DNA of 64,000 nt. Source: the human T2T-CHM13v2.0 reference genome, Homo sapiens. The translations under genes were made by a program, and so were the position numbers. The notes under the pieces were generated by a model. The model made no database searches, was not told where the DNA came from, and worked only from the letters and a program-made list of their open reading frames with translations. The stretch lies in assembly GCF_009914755.1 (NCBI RefSeq), contig NC_060931.1. One strand, written 5' to 3'. The first letter of the stretch is position 1. Every line of letters starts with the position of its first letter. Shown one piece after another: positions 54,232 to 64,000 of the stretch.

Positions 54232-54910
54232 ATGCACACTCACAGACACACATATGCACACTCACATTCACACACACTCATACGCACACACAAATGCACA
54301 TCCACACACACACAAAAGCACATCCACACACACATGCACATCCACACACATCTAGACACACGTGCACATTCACACACGTATTCACACACGTACACTTGCA
54401 CATTCACACATACACACATGCACATTCACACACAAATTCACATTCACACACATGCACATTTACACACTATAGACACATTCACACACAATTCACACACACG
54501 CACATTCACACACGTGCACATTCACACATTCACACACATATTGACACACTTGTACATTCACACACGTGCACATTCACTCACACATTCACACACGCACATT
54601 CACACGCAGGTGCACATTCACACACACTCATACACACATTCACACACATATGCACATTCACACATTCATACAGACACATGCACACTCAGACACACATACA
54701 CACCCCATTCACACATACTCATACACCGACATATACATTCACACACTCATATACACCATTCACACGCACACTCAGACACACACACACATGCACTTCACAT
54801 GCCCACACACATGCATTCACACACACGTGCATGCACACACAGACACACATATGCAAACACAGACACTCAAACTCGCACTCATACATGGACACATTCACAC
54901 ACTCATACAC
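54232..54910. repeat. Degenerate CA-rich low-complexity tract (CACATTCACACAC-type units)
   Basis: Read directly; explains the His/Thr-rich ORFs. Confidence 0.92.
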
Positions 54911-55662
54911 AGCCATCCCCTTGGACACCCCAGTGGCTCTGGTGGCAGCCAGCTGATCTGTGTCTCTGCGGCACGGACAGAGAGTGGCCAGAGCCCAGTC
55001 TCTCTTGGGAGGCCCCAGGGACCCACCTGCTCCTTGGTGGAGGCCAAGGTCACAGGCTGCAGGAGGGGCAGGAGGACCAGCAGTGAAAGCCCACCCCAGA
55101 GGCTGGTAGGGCTGGGCAGTGAGACACAATGTGACAGGGAGAGCCACTGGGTGTGCCCAGCCAGGGCCCGGGGCAGGTGTGGGAGGTAGGTAGGCCTGCC
55201 CTGGTCTAGCAGGTCCCACTGGAGGAAGCTCCCCTGGGCTGCTCAAGACAATGAAAGCCTCCACCCTCTGTCTGGCACACTTGCAGACAGAAGTATTTTT
55301 AAACTCATTTCCCTGACCTAAAAAGGGTCTTTTTTGACTGAACACCTAGTCTTTGAGGACTGACACCAGCACTCTGCCTATAAATAGCTTCGCTCGCCTG
55401 CTGGGAGGGTCGCCATGGCTGCTGTGGTGGTCAGGGACAGCTTGGGCCTCTGCAGGTGTCTGGGGACCTAAGGCCACCTCCTGCCCTGCCTGTGGCCCCA
55501 GCGTGGGAGATCACATGGAGTTATTTTAAATTACAGAACTGGGAAGAGGTGCCAGGGTTGGGGCATGTTGTCAGCTGGCATTCTGTCGACCATGCCCGGG
55601 CAGGTGGCTGAGACCTCCCCATCTCACAGCTGCCTCCTTGCCCTCGCCCTGGTTGGTGTTCA

Positions 55663-56229
<567 letters not shown>

Positions 56230-58273
56230 TTACTGAAACCCCACCACGTGTTGGTGTGCTGCCTAATTCCAGCCAATGCTTCATCTTAGCAACAGCTGAG
56301 ATCTCTGCGGGCTGCATATGATCTGTCTCTGCCTTGGACCGTTTTGATGCCTTGCCTGGGAGCTTTGTACATTCATTTATCTTTTTCCACAGTTGTAATA
56401 ATTGCCTGATGATTGAAAGCTCTTTTTTTTTCCTTTTTCGTTTTTTTTTTTTTTTTTTTTTTTTTTTTGGCTGAGGTCAGTTCTCTGGGCAGCGTTCCTC
56501 CAATCCACCTCGTGGAAGTCCTGGGTACATCTCAGCCACTTCTCTTTCCTTCTCTTTTCTCTTCTCCTGGGGTCTTTCCCTCATGTATGCTCACAGCCCT
56601 CCCAGTGGAGCAAGGAAACTTCCAGTGTCTAGAACAGAGAGGGAGCTGCGACCAGAGGAGAGGTTGGCAGGGTTGGCACATTCGCTGAGGGGTCTTGGGA
56701 GGGGTGCCTGTGGCTCACCTGCCCTGGAAGGGTGGGCTGCGCCTCTGCCCCACTCTGCCTGGCTGGCCGGGTGTTCAGGGCAGGTGCTCCCCAGGGAGGG
56801 GCATCCAGGGCTGGGGCTCCCTCAGTACTCCCTTCTTTCATTCTTGATGTGGCCCTGGACACAGAGCAGGGACTCTAAAATTGCTCCCACAACCCACTAG
56901 TGGGTCCTGAAATCAATTAGTCGCCGGCTTGAATAAAGAGACGATACTGCGGTGTAGGGTAAATATTCTTGGCAAACTCTGGCTTTGGTGTGACACACGT
57001 GTGTAGGTGCTGCGGTGAGGGTGTACTCCCGGGTGTGTGTGGCCCGTCATCCCACACGGTTACTGCACACTCAGCCTGACACGGTTTCTGTACATGTTAT
57101 AAGGAATCTTCCAGTAGGTTTTTATTTCTGAAACTTTTTTTGTGACAAAGGAGAAAAAGCTGAAAGAGGTGGTTTTTCAGATCCAACCTCAAGGCAGGGC
57201 ATCCCTGGGGCAGCTGGTCACCACCCAGAGAATGGGGCCTTCTGTGGCGCTGGGGAGGGTCTCCTATCCCAGGACGGCCAGCCTTGGCCCGGCCCCTGGG
57301 TCCTCCTGATGCTGGCCTTGCGTTGCCGCCTGCCTGGGCTGGGACCCGGGCTCTAAGCACTTGCTAGTGATGGGGCAGCCTTTGTGTTTCACCAACCTGG
57401 ATTCCAGAAGAGTGTTCCTTAGGGTCAGCAGAAACGCTCCATCTCTTCACCTGGGTTCTCATATGTCCTAGAACGCTTTCCACCCAGGATTTGACTACGA
57501 GAGGACACCACCAGTCCCTGTTTCAGAGCGAACACTGTTTCTATCCATGCACCTCTGTCCAGGGCTCGGCGCCCCTCGGCCTGGCTGTCCCATCCCCTCC
57601 TCCGCGCTCCCTGGCCTTCACCGCCTAGCACACCTGTTTATTCAGCCTGAGACCTGCTTCTGGAGCTAGAGAAGATGGGCTGGAGGGAAGGGGCTGCTGC
57701 AGTGGGTGGGTGGCCCCGGCCAAGTCTGTGCCGCTCCCTGCTCCCCGCGAGACCTTGCGCCCCCTCCGAGACCCGCTCTTCCATCTGCACAGAGGGAGTC
57801 GTGGTGACAGGACGAGGTTTCCCGTGGAACCCTCGGGACAGCTCTGGACGCTCGGGACTCGGTCGCTTTCAGGGTCAGATGTCAGAGGTGGCCTTTGCCC
57901 TCTGCCCTCAGCCAATACTTTTCCTGATTTCCAGATTTTTCAGTTTCTTTCCTCTCTTGTGCTGACGGCCGGCACCATCCCCTCACTCTCCCACGCCCCT
58001 GCCTCTGTTTTTGGCTGAGGCCTCCTGCGGGTCCCGGACTCAGGGCGGCCTCTCCGGGCCGGCCCCAGCCCCCCGAGGCTGAACTGACCCCTCTGGAGAG
58101 GAAGGCGCGTGACCCCCTGGTGCTCACCTCGCCGCCCCTCCTTGACGCTCCCGTGGGTGGAGGTGGCCTGTAGTCACCCGCCCTCGGTTTGAAGGGACTC
58201 TGACGCTTGAATCCTTAAGGGCTCACCTGGGCTGTCGGACCGCCGGCTACGGCCCCGCGGCGTTTCCCCGAGG

Positions 58274-58292
58274 CGACCACCAGAGGGCGCGC
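58274..58292 (+). promoter_or_regulatory. CTCF binding motif
   Basis: cgaCCACCAGAGGGCGCgc is a near-exact match to the CTCF core consensus, in CpG-rich context. Confidence 0.75.
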
Positions 58293-58318
58293 GGACTCCA
58301 CCAGGGCAGCGCGGGGAC

Positions 58319-58603
58319 GGCTCCCTCCAGCCACCGCTCTCTCCAGCCCCGGGCCCCAACTCCAAGGCTCCCTCCAGCCCCGGGACCCCGGCTCCCCCCA
58401 GCCCCCGACCCGGCTCCCCCCGGCCCCAGGCCCCAAGTCCACGGCTCCCTCCAGCCCTGGGACCCCAGCTCCCTCCAGCCCCGGGCCCCAAGTCCACGGC
58501 TCCCTCAGCCCCAGGCCCCAAGTCCACGGCTCCCTCCATCCCCGGGCCCCAAGTGTCGGCTCCTTCCAGCCCCGGGACCCCGGCTCCCTCCAGCCCCGGG
58601 ACA
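58319..58603. repeat. GC-rich minisatellite, mixed 24/31-nt units (ggctccctccagccccggg + acccc or ccccaagtccac)
   Basis: About 11 variant units read directly. Confidence 0.88.
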
Positions 58604-60302
58604 CTTCTGGAGAAGCAGCCAGGAGCTGGTCCAATGGCAGGTGCCACCTGCACCCAGCACCCTGCAATTCTGGGGAGAGCATGGAGGTGCAGGGAGAGGA
58701 GAGAGCCCGGACGTGGGTAGGTAAACTCCCCAAACGTCCACCCTGTGCTGCCAGTGCCTTTTACATGCAGAGGCTGTGGAGGCTGAAAGACCACCGGAGC
58801 CCTGGCTTGACCAGGGCTGGAGAGGAGGAGAGCACCGGCCTGCATCCCTCGGAAGCCGAGTTGGAACTGCAGAAGGAGCCTCCTGCTGCAGTCTGCTGGT
58901 GTTCGGTGCAGATCCAAACTGTGGATGGGCTCCTGGGCACACCCAGGGGTGGGTGGCTGCTTCTCTCGCGGGTGGTGCCCGGCGCTCTGCAGCTTGGCCC
59001 TGGGGGAACCAGGCCCAGGATAGTGCCCCAGCCGGAATCTTTGGAAGGTAGGAACCTGGACACTGGGCCGAGGCTCACTCCACTCTCCGAGGCCCCAGGC
59101 ACAGGAGGGAAGATTGCGCCGTCCCCTGCCACTCACAGAGCAGTAAGAAGAACAGCTGCCATTAGAATGGCGCGCCGTGGAGTAAACACGGGCAGGCTCA
59201 ACCGTGCCTTGGCTTCCTGGGCTGCGCGGAGGCTCTCATCCTCTTTCTGAAATGGCAGGGACCACATTGTCCTCTCCACAGCCCCATTCCTCTGCGGAGG
59301 CTCCTGCCCAGTGGGGCCTGCCTGCTAGGTGGGCCGCCTGGGCCATGAGAGCCGCAGAGTTCTGGCCAGAGGCCTTCAGCTGGGATTCTGAGACCTAAGC
59401 CATGGAGTGAACAGACGCTCAGGGGGTGGGGGCCTTGACGCTCCTCGCAGAGGCAGTGGGTTTGTTTTGCTGGCTTTAGGTTGCAGGGTTCTGAGGCAAA
59501 TCCTTACGCTAACCTCAGATCTGGAGGAAGGAACTTTCCTTCCACTTCCCCTGGAAGCAAAGGCTTGGGCCCTGACCTGGGATGGGGGATTCCATCCAGG
59601 AATCAATTCTGTGTGGGGGAGAGTTTTTTCCTTTGATTCCTGGCATACTCTCTCTTCTACTATATCTTCAGTTTTCTGATGTTTCAACCCTCTTGTTTCA
59701 ACCTCTTTGCCCCATCTGAAAACACAGCTGCCCTCATCTTGAAAACCAAAGGTAGCCGTTAAAATGCACCCTCCATACCCACTCTCATGCCTCCCTGCAT
59801 GAGGACCCAGCGCTTGTTTATAGAGTGAAGTGTGAATTACAAATGTTTTGGTCTTAATTTGAGAAAATTAAGCTCAGCCAAAAAAAGAAAAGAAAGTCAT
59901 CTCCAAATCCAGACTTCCTGTTTTCTAACTATGGGGTGATCTGCACAGATGAGAGAGTAACACGGTGCGGCTTCTGCTAACTGCTCTGGGGACTCCACGG
60001 GCTGTGTCTGGACCCCGCCTCTCCTGCACAGGGTGTGCCTGGCAGTTTAGCTCACACCTGATCAGCATCGAAGGGTGCTGTTGCTCTACCAGGCAGACGT
60101 GGCTGCCTCCGGGGTCTTCCTGGACTTGTTAACCTCCCGAGGCCCCTACGGCTCTCAGGGAGAAGCAGGAGTGAGTGGGCAATTCTAATTGAATTCTAAT
60201 TGAGAAATATGCTGCGATGGTAGACAGGGCACTGTGTTCCAGCTCCTGCCCTCAGCCCCCAGCCCCTACCGCCAAGCTTGATTTCAATCCAAAATCCTAG
60301 AA

Positions 60303-60627
60303 AGAGGGTTGGCAGACTTGGGCAGAGAGCCAGAGAGTAAATACCAGGCTGTGCGGGCCAGGTGGTTTCTGTGGCTTTCCTCTGGGCTAGTGGAGAGGCT
60401 ACTCCAGACAACACGTGAGTGAGTGTGGGTGTGTTTCAATAAAACTTTATGTATGGACACTGAAATTTGAGTTTCACAGAATTGTCACATGTCAGAGAAT
60501 AGCAGTCTTCTTTAGATTTTTTGTTTTTAAACATTTTAAGAATGTAAACACAGTCTCAGCTCAGGGACTGTGTGAAAACAGCCCTCGGACCAGATTTGTC
60601 CCAGAGGCCAAAATTTGCCCAGCTCTG
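60303..60627 (+). mobile_element. MER58B-like hAT-Charlie element
   Basis: gggtgtgtttcaataaaactttatgtatggacactgaaatttgagtttca...cattttaagaatgtaaac...ggaccagatttg. Confidence 0.75.
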
Positions 60628-61144
60628 TCCTGGAACATAAATCCCAGGGAGTGCCCGGAAACGGCAGGGCTCACGAAGGGTTTTGTGACTCGTTTGTAAG
60701 AAGTCATACGGAAGTCGCTTCCTGGGCTTCTCAGCCTCCTAGAGTGGATCACCATCCGGAAGGACGGAGCGCGTGCGCCGAGGAAGAGCTGGTTCCCTGC
60801 AGGCCCGCCCGCCTCCCTGGCAGGCACTCTGCTGCTTTCTTGCCAAATCTTGTAACTGACCGGTATTCCCTGCATGTCTGCCCCATATTTCCCACGTGGG
60901 TGCGATGCTGACAGCTCTGTCAACTCCCTCAGACAGGGGAGTCACGTGCCTGCCTCCTTGCGCCAGTAAAAATTCCCAAAGCCTGACCAAACCCACCCAT
61001 TGAGAGAATGGAGTCTGCACTCTCAATGAGAATTTCCCTCACAGTCCCAGCACTACCTCGTGGAAGACGATGAGAAACACAGATGACAGTTCGGGAGCGG
61101 GGTTCTGCCACATAACAGACACTGAAGAGAGTCTCTGTAATTTC

Positions 61145-61150
61145 TTTAAT
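61145..61150 (-). terminator. ATTAAA candidate distal SHH poly(A) signal
   Basis: tttaat on + in a local AT-rich island, with GT-rich sequence downstream on the minus strand. Confidence 0.55.
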
Positions 61151-61673
61151 TATTCAAACAATAGAGCACAAAGATAACAGTTTCAAGTACATTGTGATAC
61201 ACGTTTTGACAGGAATAGATATGCATTTAGTCATGAGGGAGGCTGGCAGCAACCACCATGCATACATTTTGCACAAACTCTTGGCTCCGTCAACCCTGAA
61301 TGAGAAGTCGGCGCCTCGTCCTGGCGGGGCTGGGCTGCACCCTCTTGATGCCCTGTACCTAGTGTCTCTAAGCAGTGGTTTCCTTTCCTTGCCTGTGAAA
61401 AAGAGAATTTTAAATATAAAGCAGTGGACGCATCTTAAGAAGATGGACCAGGAGGGCTGGGGACAGCACCCAGCAGCACGGACACTCTGCCACCGGGCCT
61501 GTCCAGGAGGGAGTGCCACCCAGGAGTGAGGATTTCCCATCCGGGTGAAGCTCTGCTCCAAGGTGCCCCAGTCACCAGCAGAGTTGCACCATGGCCTCAG
61601 GCACCTTGGGGCTTGGTCAACGCCTGGCTTCTCTCTGATCGTCTGGGCTGCACGGCCACATTGCCAGGTCTGT

Positions 61674-61744
61674 CTACACAGCCAGAGGAGCTGCTGTGCC
61701 CGGTGCTTCTGGTTCGCTTTCGACTGACTTGAAATCAGACTGAA
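61674..61744 (-). CDS. SHH: Candidate alternative terminal coding exon of SHH ((V)QSDFKSVESEPEAPGTAAPLAV-stop)
   Basis: Minus-strand acceptor ggtttctgttcttttgacag (AG = 61746-61745). Read in phase 1, as after SHH exon 2, it is open to a TAG at 61676-61674. It matches my recollection of a minor SHH isoform C-terminus (not verified). Confidence 0.6.
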
Positions 61745-63008
61745 CTGTCAAAAGAACAGAAACCATCGCACTTCCTCCGAGATTGTAAACACCAGCCTGG
61801 AACCTGCTGACCACCTAGAACACCAAAGAAAAGTCTTTTACAGAAAAAGGCTGAGGACTGCTCCTGAGGAGAGGGCTCCAGAGGCCCTGCGCCATCCACC
61901 TGGTCACACACCCTCCACGGAAGGCCACTCAAGGGCAGACCCGTAGCAGAGCAGACCCTCAGGGACTGGGCCCAACCTCGGGAGCCAGCCCCTGCCAGGT
62001 GGGGCTGAAGTCTGTTCACTCCTGTTCCCTAAGCCTGGACCACCTTCTACACAGGCTGCAGCTGCTGGGAGGCCCCAAGCTCATGCAGCGCAACTCTTCC
62101 AAGGCCCAGCCTGCTCAGACGATTCGGCCCAAAGCACAAAGCATGGCAGACACCTTCCGTAAGCCAAAGAACTGGGAGTAGTCCTCCACCTGGGACCCTG
62201 ACAACCGCCAAGGGCAGAGACCCTCTTGGCCAAACCTCCAAGGCAGCATGAAGCATGGAAGGACCTTCCCCAGCCCAGCGCCCACAGCAGCATGCTCTCT
62301 CAACAGGGATCAAAGTCCACGCCCGACCGCCATGTGACACAGACAACCAGTGTAGCCTGAGGACCTCAACAGCAGCCCCGACATTCCAGCGACTGGCCCT
62401 CGCCACTGTGGGCTTGCCACTCAGATTTAAGGGGACCCTCAAGAAAAGAGGATAGGAGCTTCAGAGAAGATCAAACCGGGTCCTCTCTTCTAAGGATGCT
62501 TTCTGGAAGGGACACAACAGGACCTCAGAAAGCAGCAATGAGCCTCCTCCCTACAGATCAGAGAAGCACAAACAGGGTCAGGCCAGGGGTCTGCCCAGCA
62601 ACCACACACAGGAGTCCTAAGAGAAGGTTGTTGGTGGCCATCCCCAGGCCACCTCCTCTGGGCTTACACATCAGGCTTTGCTAGTTAAGGGGTGGGGTGA
62701 GGGGGACAGCACAGTCCCCACGAATGGCACTCCCAACCTTTGGGAGTGTAGAAAGAGCTTCACACAATAAATACAAACAGAGCTGAGGTTTCTCCAGCCA
62801 TGAGAAGAAACAAGTTGGTTTGTGTGCCTACTTTGGTTACCTAAGTCAGTCAGTCTGAGTTCACAGTATAAGCAACACATCTAAATAGAATATTGGGAGC
62901 TCCTGTCAGCGCTAGGTTTCCCAAACAAAGAAGCCAAAAACTAAAAGAAAAAGGGCTGCAACAGGAATTCTTAGTTATTAGATACTAAGCGTTCTGTGCA
63001 TGGCACAT

Positions 63009-63084
63009 TTTATTTCTATAAAACTATTACAAAATATTCAAAAATACATTTTAGTAAATTTACAGCGTTATTTCTCAATTTATT
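63009..63084 (-). terminator. Paired AATAAA signals (63079-63084, 63009-63014): proximal SHH poly(A) site
   Basis: Two tttatt on + within an AU-rich, TGTA-containing block. Confidence 0.7.
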
Positions 63085-63227
63085 AATGCAAAAACATCCT
63101 TTGTTTTCTCTGTACAAACTGCAGGCTCCATCCTCGTGGGCTCGTCACTATGTGCGCTTTTAAAAAATATTATTTTCTAATAAATTCTTTGAAGTTAAAA
63201 ATAACAGTTCTTCCAGTTTGTCCAAAA

Positions 63228-63259
<32 letters not shown>

Positions 63260-64000
63260 AGAAAAGTGTGTGTGTATGTTGTGTGTGTAACAGTCTTGGC
63301 TTCCAAGAATGTGGCAAAATGGTGAATACAAAGGGAATATGAAACCATAAAGACAACAGAGGAGATGGCTGTTACATCGGAAACTAGTTAAATTAAAATA
63401 ATATATTTTCATATTTTACACTATTTCAAAAATGAAATGTAATTCAGTTAAGTATTGATCTCTCAAAAAATCTAATTTACAATTCTGTGTATAAAAATAT
63501 AATTTGTGGACCCCCATGAAGCACGTTTGAGTTTGCACTTGCTGAGAAGCAGGAGATGGAAGGGAGGGATGGCGGGGACAGAGGTTTGCTTTCTGACAGC
63601 CGGGACGAGGGACATGTAGAAAAATAGACTCTGAGCAGGTTGCTTGGCCTCACAAAATAATCTTTCCCCCGTGAGTACAGTTCACATGATCATAATAAAT
63701 TATCCAAGAAACAAACTATTTAAGGCTCTTGAAGGTCCGGTTCATATTATTTAAAACATCTATTCATACCAAACAAATAAATAGCCAGGAGAGGAGGAAA
63801 AAATAACCAAAATAAAACAATAACCAAAAAAATTCAAAAAATATATATCAACTAAGCACAACAACAAAACTTCCCGGGGTCCTTGTTTCCTTAGAGTCTA
63901 CTTTGGACTGTCCTACTTTATTATTCTTATTCTTATTATAACTCAGTCTGGTTCGTGCGCCTTTTCCGAGTGTCTTTTTGCTTTGCGTTGCTGTTGCTGC

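Larger units (their letters stand above)
61125..64000 (-). other. SHH: SHH 3' UTR (the CDS lies just beyond the right edge of the window)
   Basis: The reverse complement of the window end (gcagcaacagcaacgcaaagcaaaaagacactcggaaaaggcgcacgaaccagactgagttataataag...) is recognised as the proximal SHH 3' UTR. SHH is the known convergent neighbour of RBM33. AU-rich, with minus-strand poly(A) signals. Confidence 0.85.

Noticed and set aside
54108-55345. His/Thr-rich and Cys/Val-rich ORFs
   Set aside because: These are translations of the CA/TG low-complexity tract.
56422-56468. Orphan poly-T tract as the tail of a processed pseudogene
   Set aside because: No recognisable retrocopy body or target-site duplication next to it.
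58174-59250. 320-aa and other ORFs
   Set aside because: They run through a GC-rich minisatellite and show no protein-family resemblance.

Overview
Primate (very likely human, 7q36.3) genomic DNA. It is eukaryotic and spliced, so almost all of the six-frame ORFs are spurious. The + strand carries the last six coding exons of RBM33 (842-1129, 3984-4625, 22835-23041, 25490-25678, 33582-33670, 34016-34064), which splice in phase via GT-AG sites into a coiled coil, a Pro/Gln-rich region and a C-terminal RRM, followed by a ~6.4 kb 3' UTR ending near 40520. The last ~2.9 kb (- strand) is the 3' UTR of SHH, which includes a candidate alternative terminal coding exon; the two genes are therefore convergent, ~20 kb apart. 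The intergenic interval holds a duplicated copy of the RBM33 poly(A) site, an orphan CpG island with a perfect 29-bp hairpin, inverted young AluYs, a 2.6 kb TAATCC/GGGAGGG minisatellite, a CA-rich tract and a near-consensus CTCF site facing SHH. An RBM33 intron contains a short interstitial telomere array. I see no evidence of a new protein-coding system. The best leads are non-coding: the minisatellite/CTCF boundary module beside SHH, the hairpin, the duplicated poly(A) site, a stop codon embedded in a splice donor, and the telomere insert. Gene identities and repeat subfamilies come from recognition, not from database searches.
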